Positions 1 to 9,211 of a stretch of 64,000 nucleotides of DNA are shown in pieces. Position numbers and translations under genes: made by a program. This stretch comes from a virus. Within the stretch, counting starts at the first letter, position 1, and every line of letters begins with the position of its first letter. The DNA lies in the IMG/VR virus record IMGVR_UViG_3300021957_000004. One strand, 5' to 3'. Below the pieces are notes generated by a model, which was not told the origin of the DNA, ran no database searches, and worked only from the letters and a program-made list of their open reading frames with translations.

Positions 1-204
1 CCTTTCTGTGATAGAGCAATACAGCTTTGTGAAAAAGAAAATTTAGAATACACATATAAACTATTGGGCAAAGATTTTAACAGAGAAGAAATGCTAGAAA
101 TATTTCCTAATGCAAGAACCTTTCCTCAGATAAAGATAGAAGGAAAATCAATTGGTGGATATACGGAGCTAGTAGAATGGCACGGAGATCCGCGATATGG
201 ATAA
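1..204 (+). CDS. Glutaredoxin (5'-truncated by window edge)
   Basis: Manual translation of frame 1: PFCDRAIQLC...ARTFPQIKIEGKSIGGYTEL; (C)PFC active-site remnant, TFPQI cis-Pro motif and IGGY motif. Confidence 0.9.
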   Translation, partial: PFCDRAIQLCEKENLEYTYKLLGKDFNREEMLEIFPNARTFPQIKIEGKSIGGYTELVEWHGDPRYG

Positions 205-346
205 TATTATAATCGATTGTGAATTTTGTTTTATACGTACAGTTATAAAAGTAGAGGATGATCAGGCTATAGCTAAGTACTGCCCGATATGTGGAGAGAC
301 TCCAGAGATCGAAACCGACGAGGAAGAGCTTTTATTTGATTCATAA
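197..346 (+). CDS. Small zinc-ribbon protein (49 aa)
   Basis: Manual translation MDNIIIDCEFCFIRTVIKVEDDQAIAKYCPICGETPEIETDEEELLFDS; two CxxC pairs; fills the gap between glutaredoxin and the endonuclease. Confidence 0.7.
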   Translation: MDNIIIDCEFCFIRTVIKVEDDQAIAKYCPICGETPEIETDEEELLFDS

Positions 347-354
347 ATACTATT

Positions 355-777
355 ATGGATTGGATATATAAAGGCAAAACATTCGTACCACCAGAAGACT
401 TCTCTCCCGAGAAGATGTATGGATTCATTTATCAGATAAGAAATACTGAGAATGATATGAAGTACATAGGCAAGAAATTCTTTTGGAGTAAGAAAACCCT
501 CCCACCTTTAAAGGGACAAAAAAGAAAAAGAAGATCAATCGTTGAATCTGATTGGCGTAAGTATTGCGGTTCTTCCAAAAGATTAGTAGAAGATATAGCC
601 GAAGTAGGACTGGATAAGTTCCACAGAGAGATACTTTATATTGGTACTATGAAAGGAGAACTAGCCTACATGGAAGCTAAACTCCAGTTTGATCATGAGG
701 TATTACTAAAAGATGACTATTATAATGGCATTATTAATATCAGATTGGGATCAAATAGTGTAAATATATTGAAATAA
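355..777 (+). CDS. GIY-YIG endonuclease (endonuclease II-like)
   Basis: GFIY-x11-YIG motif and C-terminal YYN; standalone 140 aa catalytic domain. Confidence 0.85.
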   Translation: MDWIYKGKTFVPPEDFSPEKMYGFIYQIRNTENDMKYIGKKFFWSKKTLPPLKGQKRKRRSIVESDWRKYCGSSKRLVEDIAEVGLDKFHREILYIGTMKGELAYMEAKLQFDHEVLLKDDYYNGIINIRLGSNSVNILK

Positions 778-780
778 AAG

Positions 781-810
781 GTTTACATTGGCTTAAAACT
801 ATGGTATAAT
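781..810 (+). promoter_or_regulatory. T4-type early (sigma70-like) promoter
   Basis: GTTTACA-N17-TATAAT with TGG before the -10; one of eight copies with identical spacing. Confidence 0.85.
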
Positions 811-816
811 ACATAC

Positions 817-1242
817 ATGGTAAAAGATAATATAATACAGTTTCCAACCCCAGAGCAAGTTAGCAAAAAAGAAGCAGAAGAGATTATAAATCAAGCTTCA
901 AATGAATGCAATGAACTAGCCCAACATCTTTGTCATGTACTAGCAGAAGAGATATTTGCAGCAGACCATTACTTTGAAGATGCGGAATACTTCGATGAGA
1001 CTTATCAGGAGTCTCGAGACATATATGTTATAACAAACTTAATTAACGCAATGTTATTAAGACAACTAGAAATACCACACACATTACAAAGATCGCTAGA
1101 TAAGCTTTACATTAAGATAAAGCAGTTAGCACAATTACCAGAGCAAGACTTCGAGGTAAGCTTTGACCCTGAGTTCGAGGTAACATTCGAACCAGATTTT
1201 GATATAAATGATGAGGATGATAAGGATGATACAGATACATAA
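817..1242 (+). CDS. Hypothetical acidic protein
   Basis: 141 aa ORF directly after an early promoter; acidic C-terminus with FEVSFDPE/FEVTFEPD repeat. Confidence 0.7.
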   Translation: MVKDNIIQFPTPEQVSKKEAEEIINQASNECNELAQHLCHVLAEEIFAADHYFEDAEYFDETYQESRDIYVITNLINAMLLRQLEIPHTLQRSLDKLYIKIKQLAQLPEQDFEVSFDPEFEVTFEPDFDINDEDDKDDTDT

Positions 1243-2338
1243 GTTACCCACACTTTACAAAAGGGATTCAACAGGAAAAATTAGGGAATGGACTCAGTCA
1301 TACCAAACAGGTATAACTCCAGGCACATTTACTATCTCTGGGGTAAAGAATGGCAAAATGGTTCAGAGCGGATTAAATAGTTCTGAAGCTAAAAACGTAG
1401 GTAGATCTAATGCTACTACAGCAGATGAACAAGCACAGAAAGAAGCCGAAGCCAAATGGCAAATAAACCTAGATGGTGAATATTTCCAAACAATAGATTC
1501 AGTAGATACTTACGATAAGTTTAAACCTATGTTGGCTCAAGACTATACTAAACGTCCACAAGATTTTGGTTGGTCACAGCCTAAGCTAGATGGTATTAGA
1601 TGTATTGCTAGAAAAGATGGATTATATACTAGAGCAGGTAAAGAGATTACAACATGCGATCACATATTCCAAGAACTAAAACCTTTCTTTGAATCACAAC
1701 CAAATATGATATTAGATGGTGAACTATATAACCACGAGCTTAAATCAGACTTTAACAAGATTACTTCTTTAGTTAGAAAAGTAAAACCTAGTAGCTTAGA
1801 AAAAGAAGAATGCTATAAACTAGTTCAATATCATGTATATGATGTTTATGATCCATCGTTTAAAGAATGGAACTTCGAACAAAGAATACATTTTGTGCAT
1901 ATTATGATTCCAGGTAAAACTTGTAAAGCAGTAGAAACAACACAAACTAAAACACAAGATCAACTAGATGCTTTATATTCTGCTTATACTGAACATGGAT
2001 ATGAAGGTCAAATGGTTCGTAATAATACACCTTATGAAAACAAAAGGTCTAAGAATCTTCTTAAAAGAAAAGAATTTATCACTGAAGAATTTAACGTATT
2101 AGAAGTTATGGAAGGTGATGGAAATTGGGCAGGTTATGCTAAACACTTTAGATTAGAACTAGGAGATGGAAGAGAATTTAAAAGTGGCGTAAGAGGTAAT
2201 TTCGATACACTAAAAGAACTATTAAACAACCCTGACAAACCTACTTGGGTCACTGTTAGATATTTTGAAAAAACACCAGATGGCATTCCCCGCTTTCCGG
2301 TTGTAATTGATTGGGGAAAAGGTAAAAGGATAGATTAA
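1226..2338 (+). CDS. gp30: ATP-dependent DNA ligase (gp30 equivalent)
   Basis: KPMLA, QPKLDGIR (motif I), LDGELY, YEGQMVR, LLKRK, PRFP. Start set at ATG 1226 (GAGGA upstream); the ORF track opens at 1208. Confidence 0.93.
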   Translation: MIQIHKLPTLYKRDSTGKIREWTQSYQTGITPGTFTISGVKNGKMVQSGLNSSEAKNVGRSNATTADEQAQKEAEAKWQINLDGEYFQTIDSVDTYDKFKPMLAQDYTKRPQDFGWSQPKLDGIRCIARKDGLYTRAGKEITTCDHIFQELKPFFESQPNMILDGELYNHELKSDFNKITSLVRKVKPSSLEKEECYKLVQYHVYDVYDPSFKEWNFEQRIHFVHIMIPGKTCKAVETTQTKTQDQLDALYSAYTEHGYEGQMVRNNTPYENKRSKNLLKRKEFITEEFNVLEVMEGDGNWAGYAKHFRLELGDGREFKSGVRGNFDTLKELLNNPDKPTWVTVRYFEKTPDGIPRFPVVIDWGKGKRID

Positions 2339-3192
2339 TGATTATAGTAGATTATTCACAGATTGCTCTTAGCAATATAATAGTACAAAAGATAGATGAT
2401 AAAGACCTAATTAGGCATATGATTCTAAACTCTCTGCGTATGTACAACAAAAAATATAGAGATGAATACGGCCAAATGGTCTTAGCATGCGATGGTTTTA
2501 ATACCTGGAGAAAAGATTTCTTTCCAGAATATAAAGGTGCACGTAAAAAGAATAGAGCTAAATCTGACTTAGATTGGAATAACATCTTTACATCTTTAAA
2601 TGAAATAAGAGAAGAGATTAAACAAAACTTCCCATGGAAAGTATTACACCTAGATGGTACTGAAGCAGATGATATTATTGGTACACTAACTAATCAAACC
2701 CAAGAGTTTGGTCAGCATGAACCAGTTATGATTATATCATCGGACAAAGACTTTATACAATTACATAAGTTTAATAATGTAAAACAATTTAGCCCAATAC
2801 AAAAGAAGTTAGTTCAAGATCCTCACCCTATTACATATAAGTGGAATCATATCATGCGTGGCGACTCAGGCGATGGTATACCCAACGTCTTATCACCAGA
2901 TGATACGTTTATGACTGAATCACACCAGAATCAATTAAGACAAACTAGAGTCGATGAATGGATAAATAACTTAGATAACCTAAGAGAATTAATGGGGGAT
3001 GAAATATATCGTAACTTCCAAAGGAATCAAACGTTAATTGATTTTGACTTTATTCCAGAAGCTATCCAAAATAACATTATAAATACTTTTAACGAGACAA
3101 AACCAGCACCAAGAATGAAGGTATTGACTTACTTAATAAACAACAGATGCAATCAATTGATTGAATGCGTAGAGGAATTTTACAATGGCTAA
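2338..3192 (+). CDS. rnh: RNase H / 5'-3' exonuclease (T4 Rnh, FEN family)
   Basis: WRKDFFPEYKGARKK, EADDIIG, ISSDKDFIQL, GDSGDGIPN motifs. Confidence 0.95.
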   Translation: MIIVDYSQIALSNIIVQKIDDKDLIRHMILNSLRMYNKKYRDEYGQMVLACDGFNTWRKDFFPEYKGARKKNRAKSDLDWNNIFTSLNEIREEIKQNFPWKVLHLDGTEADDIIGTLTNQTQEFGQHEPVMIISSDKDFIQLHKFNNVKQFSPIQKKLVQDPHPITYKWNHIMRGDSGDGIPNVLSPDDTFMTESHQNQLRQTRVDEWINNLDNLRELMGDEIYRNFQRNQTLIDFDFIPEAIQNNIINTFNETKPAPRMKVLTYLINNRCNQLIECVEEFYNG

Positions 3193-3667
3193 ATTATTAA
3201 TACCTGAAGTACTAGAATTAGTATCAAAGGCAAAAACCAAAAAAGAAAAAGTTGAGATATTACAAAAACATAATCATCCAGCTTTAAAAGATATTATAAG
3301 GGTCGCATGCGATGACGACGTAGTATCTTTATTACCAGAAGGCACCCCGCCTTATCAGAAAGACGATGCACCTATAGGATATAGTGTATCATCTTTATAT
3401 AAAGTACACAAACAATTTAAATACTTTTTTAAAGGACCAATTGGAAATCAAGTAAAGCCAGTCCGTAGAGAAAGTTTATTTATTAATGCATTAGAAAGTA
3501 TACATCCGATAGAAGCAGAATTACTTTGTCTAGCAAAAGATAAAAAATCAGACTTAGATCCTAAGTTTTATAATGAAGTTTTCCCAGGGTTAATTGTTAA
3601 GGTTCATAAACCGAAAGCAGTTAAGAAAGCAACAAAAACTAAAAAGGAGAAAAAGCCTATGAAATAA
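3185..3667 (+). CDS. Conserved hypothetical protein of T4-like phages
   Basis: 160 aa; LPEGTPPY and RRESLFINALESIHPIEAELL resemble a family I recall next to rnh in marine T4-like phages. Confidence 0.7.
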   Translation: MAKLLIPEVLELVSKAKTKKEKVEILQKHNHPALKDIIRVACDDDVVSLLPEGTPPYQKDDAPIGYSVSSLYKVHKQFKYFFKGPIGNQVKPVRRESLFINALESIHPIEAELLCLAKDKKSDLDPKFYNEVFPGLIVKVHKPKAVKKATKTKKEKKPMK

Positions 3668-3710
3668 ACTCTTAATTATGTAATTTTAACCGACAACAAA
3701 GGGAGATGAT

Positions 3711-3869
3711 ATGATTACATCCGAGCGACTTAAGAAAGATCAAAGGGAAGCGTTTCGCTATAAAAGGCGATTAAGGGAGAAAGGGAAAGATGGTAAAGCT
3801 TTTAGAATGGGAAAAAAAGCAATCAATCTAACTCATCACATTCGAGAATTACAAACAATAGGAGGATAG
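3711..3869 (+). CDS. Small basic hypothetical protein (52 aa)
   Basis: Manual translation MITSERLKKDQREAFRYKRRLREKGKDGKAFRMGKKAINLTHHIRELQTIGG; GGGAG RBS upstream. Confidence 0.6.
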   Translation: MITSERLKKDQREAFRYKRRLREKGKDGKAFRMGKKAINLTHHIRELQTIGG

Positions 3870-3914
3870 ATTATTAGGGGAAGCCCTGGTAATCACTAGG
3901 GCGAACCCACAATT

Positions 3915-4124
3915 ATGATGACAACAAGCACAGAATTACACACCTATCAAAGAGGTGAAAGAAAATCAAAAGTCTTTCGTTCATACGAAGGATTCTACGT
4001 AGAATTTTACGTTGGTGGTAAACTAGTAGAGCGAAGAGCTTTATATGAACACTCAGAAACATATGCAGAAAATGCAGCAGAAAATTTTGTAGACGAGGTG
4101 ATTACTTTAAATGAAGGAGAATAA
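3915..4124 (+). CDS. Hypothetical protein
   Basis: 69 aa ORF in the co-oriented gene run. Confidence 0.7.
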   Translation: MMTTSTELHTYQRGERKSKVFRSYEGFYVEFYVGGKLVERRALYEHSETYAENAAENFVDEVITLNEGE

Positions 4125-4404
4125 ATTTGATCCTAAAGAGCTAGCGAATTCAAAACGAATATTTAAATCAGCAACTCCAAAATATACTCTTGATTGGTAT
4201 ATTAAATGGGTAGCTTCAGCATTTGTTTTATCAGCTATGTCAATTAGAGGAATAGAAGGATATGCATTTACGGATGTGGTTCTATCTATGATAGGAATAT
4301 CACTATGGCTTATCGTTAGTATTATATGGAACGATAGAGCTCTTATATTACTGAATGGTTTAGGACTAGGTTTACTATTAAGAACTTTTGCACAATCAAT
4401 TTAG
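4111..4404 (+). CDS. Small membrane protein (DUF6552-like)
   Basis: Three hydrophobic segments; DWYIKW and WNDRALILLN motifs. Confidence 0.7.
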   Translation: MKENKFDPKELANSKRIFKSATPKYTLDWYIKWVASAFVLSAMSIRGIEGYAFTDVVLSMIGISLWLIVSIIWNDRALILLNGLGLGLLLRTFAQSI

Positions 4405-4406
4405 GG

Positions 4407-4436
4407 GTTTACAAACACCTTGAACTGTGGTATAAT
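4407..4436 (+). promoter_or_regulatory. T4-type early promoter
   Basis: GTTTACA-N17-TATAAT with TGTGG extended -10. Confidence 0.85.
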
Positions 4437-4443
4437 ATACATT

Positions 4444-4764
4444 ATGATTCAAATACTAAGAGAAATAACAGACTGGGGTAACCAGCAAATATCAAATGGC
4501 GACTATTATGTTAATAGTCATGGATATCTTATTGGCTATATGCCAAGAGGTAAAGCTTACAAAGAGTTTAAAAATCCAATAAAGCAGTTTTCCAAATCAA
4601 GACGTAAATTCCAACTTATTGGCGAATGGCCAGAAGAATTACCAGATGGAGCAATAACTGTGAAAGGCAGTAAAGGCAATACATACACAATCATCGATAA
4701 CAAATGCTCTTGCCCCGGATTTAAATTCAGGGGTCAGTGCAAACACCTGGAGCAAGCAGCATGA
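4444..4764 (+). CDS. SWIM zinc-finger protein
   Basis: VKGSKGNTYTI...CSCPGFKFRGQCKH (CxC...CxH); ATG 4444 lies just downstream of the promoter. Confidence 0.8.
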   Translation: MIQILREITDWGNQQISNGDYYVNSHGYLIGYMPRGKAYKEFKNPIKQFSKSRRKFQLIGEWPEELPDGAITVKGSKGNTYTIIDNKCSCPGFKFRGQCKHLEQAA

Positions 4765-5384
4765 ATATATTCGTATTAAACAATGATCCTATTATTGCAG
4801 CACAAGAACAATGCGACAAACATGTTGTAAAAATGATACTAGAATCCGGTCAAATGCTATCTACAGCACACCGAATGCTAGATGCTACTGAAACACGTGG
4901 TCCATCTAAGTCAGGTAAAACAATGGTCAAGAAATGGATCTTTGAAAATGACGAAAGAGAAGATACACTATACAAAGCAGTTCACATGTATCACCCATGC
5001 ACAACTTGGACTATTGAATCTAAAGATAATTATATCTGGCATTACAAACACTTTGTTGCCTTATGCGAAGAATATACTTACAGATATGGTAAAGTCCACG
5101 TAACAGATACAAGACTTAGAAAACCATTAGAAAGATTACCAGACAATATAGAAGATAATGGATTAACACAATTTGCATTAGCAATGAAAGCTTTTCCCGA
5201 TTGTATTACAGAATGTCCAGTAGAATCATATCAGAATTATTACCATACTAAATTAGCTTATATGCCAATGGTATGGTCTAAAAGAAAACAACCAGAATGG
5301 TTTAATCCTAAGGCTTATGAAAAAAGCTTTAATAAAATAGACTGGGTAGGTCAAAATTGGGAGCAAGCAAATGCCAACGTATGA
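4761..5384 (+). CDS. Pyrimidine dimer DNA glycosylase / DenV-like family protein
   Basis: MNIFVL...CDKHVVKMILESGQMLSTAH, HPCTTW, EYTYRYGKVH motifs. Confidence 0.75.
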   Translation: MNIFVLNNDPIIAAQEQCDKHVVKMILESGQMLSTAHRMLDATETRGPSKSGKTMVKKWIFENDEREDTLYKAVHMYHPCTTWTIESKDNYIWHYKHFVALCEEYTYRYGKVHVTDTRLRKPLERLPDNIEDNGLTQFALAMKAFPDCITECPVESYQNYYHTKLAYMPMVWSKRKQPEWFNPKAYEKSFNKIDWVGQNWEQANANV

Positions 5385-5622
5385 TTTTAAAAATTTAGAA
5401 ACTGGTGAGATAGAGATAGATAGAATAATGACTATTGCTCAGATGGAAGAATATGTTAAAGATCCTAATATCACACAACTTATCAATCCGCCTAAACATA
5501 ATCTTATTGGCGGTAAAGATGGTGCAGTATTGAAACAAGCTGGAGATGGTTGGAAAGAGGTTCAAGATAGAATAAAAAGCGGTATGCCGCCAGCTGATAG
5601 AGGTTTAATTAATACGAAATAA
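5371..5622 (+). CDS. FmdB-like small protein
   Basis: MPTYDFKNLETGE N-terminus and GWKEVQDRIK; lacks the zinc-binding cysteines. Confidence 0.55.
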   Translation: MPTYDFKNLETGEIEIDRIMTIAQMEEYVKDPNITQLINPPKHNLIGGKDGAVLKQAGDGWKEVQDRIKSGMPPADRGLINTK

Positions 5623-6278
5623 TGATAGAATATGATCCAATAGAAATCAATACTGATTTAGAACAACACACAAAAAAGACTGGTAGGTATTATACCGATC
5701 CAGATGGTAATAGATATTATTCTGTTACAACAGTATTATCCATATTAAATAAAGCAGCTATAATGGCATGGCGCAAGCGCGTAGGAAACGAAGAAGCAAA
5801 TCGTATATCTTCGCAAGCTGCTACTCGTGGTACAAAAGTACACGATATGATAGAAAAATATATTGTAGGAGAAGATTTTGCTAAGGATAATTTAGTAGCA
5901 TTATCTAACTTTAAAGATATACAACCTATTATAGATAAGAATTTAACAAAAATCCATGCAGTCGAAGCAAGGTTATTCTCTAAGCATTTAGGGTTAGCTG
6001 GAACAGTAGATTGTGTAGGTATTTGGGATGGCAAACTTAGCATTATTGATTGGAAAACATCCAAGAAATTTAAAAAGAAAGAGTGGTGCGAAAACTACTT
6101 TATGCAAGCTTCCGCGTATGCAATTATGTGGGAAGAAAGAACTGGTATACCTATTACTAATTTGGTAGTAGCAATTGCTGGTGACGAAGGTACTCAGATC
6201 TTTATTGAACATAGAGATGACTGGGATAAAAAATTAATTGAAACTATAACAGAATATAATAGGAGAAAAAACAAATGA
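5622..6278 (+). CDS. PD-(D/E)XK exonuclease
   Basis: YSVTTVL, RGTKVH, AGTVDC, IIDWKTS, QASAY motifs. Confidence 0.88.
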   Translation: MIEYDPIEINTDLEQHTKKTGRYYTDPDGNRYYSVTTVLSILNKAAIMAWRKRVGNEEANRISSQAATRGTKVHDMIEKYIVGEDFAKDNLVALSNFKDIQPIIDKNLTKIHAVEARLFSKHLGLAGTVDCVGIWDGKLSIIDWKTSKKFKKKEWCENYFMQASAYAIMWEERTGIPITNLVVAIAGDEGTQIFIEHRDDWDKKLIETITEYNRRKNK

Positions 6279-6778
6279 TAGGAGTAAACGAAACGTTCCC
6301 GACATTCCATATGAATGGAGTAGAAGGAGAAGAAATAGTAACAAGAAATAGTTCCGACTATACTGGATGGAGAGTATTTTACTTTTACCCAAAAGACTTT
6401 ACCTTTATTTGTCCGACAGAGATCTGTGCAATGGATAAATTACTTGGAGAAGCTATCGTGGTAGGATTTAGTGGAGACAATGAATTCTGTAAAAAAGCTT
6501 GGAAAGAATCTAACGAAGCGTTAGGTAATATCAGACATCCACTATTAGCAGATTGCGGATTAAAATTATCCCATGAACTAGGTATAGTAGACTTTGGAGC
6601 ACTTGCATCTTTAAGAGCAACATACATTGTTGACCCAGAAGACAAGATCCAACATGTATCAGTAAATGCATTAGATACAGGAAGAAATGCAGATGAGGTT
6701 TTAAGAACTGTACAAGGTCTTAAAGCTGGCGGTTTAACAGGTTGCTCGTGGAATCCGGGTGACGATTTTGTGGTATAA
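6275..6778 (+). CDS. ahpC: Peroxiredoxin (AhpC/TSA family)
   Basis: FYPKDFTFICPTE peroxidatic motif, LRATYIVDP, GRNADEVLR, C-terminal CSWNPG. Confidence 0.92.
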   Translation: MIGVNETFPTFHMNGVEGEEIVTRNSSDYTGWRVFYFYPKDFTFICPTEICAMDKLLGEAIVVGFSGDNEFCKKAWKESNEALGNIRHPLLADCGLKLSHELGIVDFGALASLRATYIVDPEDKIQHVSVNALDTGRNADEVLRTVQGLKAGGLTGCSWNPGDDFVV

Positions 6779-6781
6779 AAT

Positions 6782-6991
6782 ATGGTAAATTACACAGGAC
6801 CTTTATTAGAAGCTTTGATTGTAAAATTAGAAGGCGATATCGCAGTAGCAAAGGCTAACATTAATGTTTACAAAAGAAATGCTGCCGGCATCGGTGAGCA
6901 TTCAGGTATAGTAGAATCTTTAGAGATAGAGATAGCTAAAATTGCTGAAGCAGATGATAAAATTGAAACAATAAGAAAACATTTTATATAA
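6782..6991 (+). CDS. Conserved hypothetical protein
   Basis: 69 aa helical protein with AGIGEHS motif familiar from marine T4-like phages. Confidence 0.7.
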   Translation: MVNYTGPLLEALIVKLEGDIAVAKANINVYKRNAAGIGEHSGIVESLEIEIAKIAEADDKIETIRKHFI

Positions 6992-6994
6992 ATA
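6987..6994 (+). promoter_or_regulatory. T4 late promoter TATAAATA
   Basis: Exact gp55 consensus, directly upstream of an early promoter and ORF 7034. Confidence 0.7.
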
Positions 6995-6997
6995 GTA

Positions 6998-7027
6998 GTT
7001 TACAAACCACTAAAACTGTGGTATAAT
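6998..7027 (+). promoter_or_regulatory. T4-type early promoter
   Basis: GTTTACA-N17-TATAAT with TGTGG. Confidence 0.85.
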
Positions 7028-7033
7028 ACTACT

Positions 7034-7630
7034 ATGATAAACTTTAAAACATATCTGTCGGAAGCGTCTAATAAAGGTTTAACGATCTTTGATATTGATG
7101 ACACTATGTTTAAGACAAAAGCTAGAGTTAAGGTTATGCCTTCTGGCAAAGTTCTTACCCCAAAACAATTTAACACTTATAAATTAGGTAAAGGCGAAGA
7201 GTTTGACTTTGGTGAATTTAAATCAGCAGAGTTATTTAAACAAACTGCTGTGCCAATTGGTAAGATGATTAATAAGTTTAATGCTATTCTGAAAAACGCT
7301 GTTAGATCAGGATCAAAAGTTATCATAGTAACTGCTCGTGCAGATATGGACGACAAGAAACTTTTCCTAGATACATTTAGATCTCATGGGATAGATATTG
7401 ATAAAGCACATATTATTCGAGCAGGTAATCTAGGTATGAAATCAAGTGCTGCAGCCAAAGCACAAGTATTCAAACAATTTCTAGACACAAATGAATACAG
7501 TAGAATTAGGCTATTTGATGATGATAAGAGTAACTTAAAAGCATTGTTATCTCTCAAAAGCGATTATAACGACATAGAGTTTGAAGCTTGGCTAGCGAAT
7601 GACAAAGGTCAAATTAAAAAGGTGAGATAG
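7034..7630 (+). CDS. HAD-superfamily hydrolase
   Basis: IFDIDDT (motif I), IVTAR (motif II), LFDDD (motif IV). Confidence 0.8.
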   Translation: MINFKTYLSEASNKGLTIFDIDDTMFKTKARVKVMPSGKVLTPKQFNTYKLGKGEEFDFGEFKSAELFKQTAVPIGKMINKFNAILKNAVRSGSKVIIVTARADMDDKKLFLDTFRSHGIDIDKAHIIRAGNLGMKSSAAAKAQVFKQFLDTNEYSRIRLFDDDKSNLKALLSLKSDYNDIEFEAWLANDKGQIKKVR

Positions 7631-7631
7631 T

Positions 7632-7844
7632 ATGCCCATTAAATTTAAAGAATCCCAAACAGTAAGGGATAGAAACACTGGTAAGTTAACAACAACAAAT
7701 TACTGGATGAAAGGTATTTCGAAAGAAGAGTTATTTGAATATATCAATAACGACAACGGAAGAAATAAAATTAAACAAAAGTGTAGAAACGAATTAGTTC
7801 GTAGAGGTGTTGAAATAGTATATGTCCCGAAAGAAGGAATATGA
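7632..7844 (+). CDS. Hypothetical protein
   Basis: 70 aa ORF abutting the upstream gene. Confidence 0.7.
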   Translation: MPIKFKESQTVRDRNTGKLTTTNYWMKGISKEELFEYINNDNGRNKIKQKCRNELVRRGVEIVYVPKEGI

Positions 7845-7928
7845 TTGGATGCTTAAACCTATTAGCGCAAGAGCTAAAAGAATTCGTGACGTTTCTAAAA
7901 AGGTAGATGCGTATAGAGCAGGTGTAAG

Positions 7929-8159
7929 ATGAGTATTAATAAAAGTAATTGGCATGGTGGAAAGGGTTCCAAAAGAAGAAACTCTAATGAATCCGCGTAT
8001 GCTGACAATTGGGAAAAAATCTTTGGTAAAAAGAAGCCAGAAATAAAAGCTAGAAAGACTCAACCCGAGCATTCAAAAACCCAAGTACATAAAGATAAGT
8101 CAAAACAGCTCCCTAGAAAGTATAAATATAACCATATAGAGGATAGCATAAGTACATGA
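7929..8159 (+). CDS. Small basic hypothetical protein
   Basis: 76 aa; GGKGSKRR...NWEKIFGKK. Confidence 0.65.
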   Translation: MSINKSNWHGGKGSKRRNSNESAYADNWEKIFGKKKPEIKARKTQPEHSKTQVHKDKSKQLPRKYKYNHIEDSIST

Positions 8160-8422
8160 GTATAGACATAGATAAGTTTGATTTTGGGTTTACTGCAGTA
8201 GATGAATCTGAATTAGAAGCGGTACAAAAAACTACTGCTAAATTAGAATCATCAGATAGTGAATCAGCCGCGTTAGAGGACAAATTAAATAAACTCTATA
8301 ATGCTATATTACCTTTATTAAGTAATTTAAAAATGAATCCAGAAAAAGAATATATACTTTGGCCGAATAGGGTAGAAAAAGTAGAAGAATTCGAAGACAT
8401 GATATCGGAGATAATTAAATAA
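8156..8422 (+). CDS. Hypothetical protein
   Basis: 88 aa; FDFGFTAVDE and NPEKEYILWPNR; late promoter TATAAATA at 8121-8128 upstream. Confidence 0.75.
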   Translation: MSIDIDKFDFGFTAVDESELEAVQKTTAKLESSDSESAALEDKLNKLYNAILPLLSNLKMNPEKEYILWPNRVEKVEEFEDMISEIIK

Positions 8423-9171
8423 TGCCACAAGTACCAACTACTAATATTTCAATGTCAGCTATTAATGCTGAGCAAGCTGGGGTTGATAGTACTAATTTAA
8501 GAGTATTATCGACTACTGGCGCTATAACTACAGGGCAAGCGATTGCTACTCTTGATGGTACAGCACCGCATAGCATGAATGAGTTTGCTGGATATTTACA
8601 TACCTCTATAGGTAGTTTCCCAAGCTTAAACGACTGGGATACAAATAACATCCGTCAAGTTTCTTCTGGTGGTTATGATAATGCACAAACTTTTTGTTCA
8701 ATATCCTTTAATAACGAACAGTCGAACAATAGGGTTAAAGTAACATATTACGGCGGAACAAATGCATCCATTGCAACCACATATACTAAATATATAGACT
8801 ATACTGGGTATACAGGAACTATTAAAGTACAATATAATAGCACTGGTTCTTTTCTTGGTAATCCTGGTACTTCTTACTATTATCCACCTTTTGGGTGGCC
8901 TGGTCATGCAAGTAATAGCACAACCATCTCTTATACTAATTCCGGGGCTAAAAAGAATCAAGCGACTGATTATGATATACCAACAAGTGGAGACGTTCAA
9001 TTTAAATGGCTAGTGGTAACAAATGCTACGCGAAACCAAAGCCAACAAAGATACACAACGCATAATGGCGTAACTTTTAAAGTTAGTTTTACATCTGGTG
9101 GAGATGTTTATGACACTACTTCGGGTTCAAAAAACATTACGAATAATGCCATTAAAGGTATGCAGCTTTAA
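8422..9171 (+). CDS. Putative virion structural / adhesin-like protein
   Basis: 249 aa, T/S/N/G/Y-rich; N-terminal ISMSAIN...APHSMNEFAGY resembles fibre-associated proteins. Confidence 0.5.
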   Translation: MPQVPTTNISMSAINAEQAGVDSTNLRVLSTTGAITTGQAIATLDGTAPHSMNEFAGYLHTSIGSFPSLNDWDTNNIRQVSSGGYDNAQTFCSISFNNEQSNNRVKVTYYGGTNASIATTYTKYIDYTGYTGTIKVQYNSTGSFLGNPGTSYYYPPFGWPGHASNSTTISYTNSGAKKNQATDYDIPTSGDVQFKWLVVTNATRNQSQQRYTTHNGVTFKVSFTSGGDVYDTTSGSKNITNNAIKGMQL

Positions 9172-9175
9172 TACG

Positions 9176-9183
9176 TATAAATA
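9176..9183 (+). promoter_or_regulatory. T4 late promoter TATAAATA
   Basis: Exact consensus in the gap before the lysozyme gene. Confidence 0.75.
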
Positions 9184-9211
9184 AATGGTAAACATAAAAG
9201 AGGATTTAAAA

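Noticed and set aside
355-777. Mobile homing endonuclease or intron
   Set aside because: Only a catalytic GIY-YIG domain with no DNA-binding extension, and no interrupted gene around it.
5622-6278. Cas4-like nuclease as evidence of a CRISPR system
   Set aside because: No repeat-spacer array or other cas genes; lacks the Cas4 Fe-S cysteine set; fits a standard phage exonuclease.
7849-7932. 27-aa basic ORF MLKPISARAKRIRDVSKKVDAYRAGVR
   Set aside because: Fills a gap and overlaps the next ATG, but it is very short and a competing 21-aa ORF starts at 7841; not supportable.
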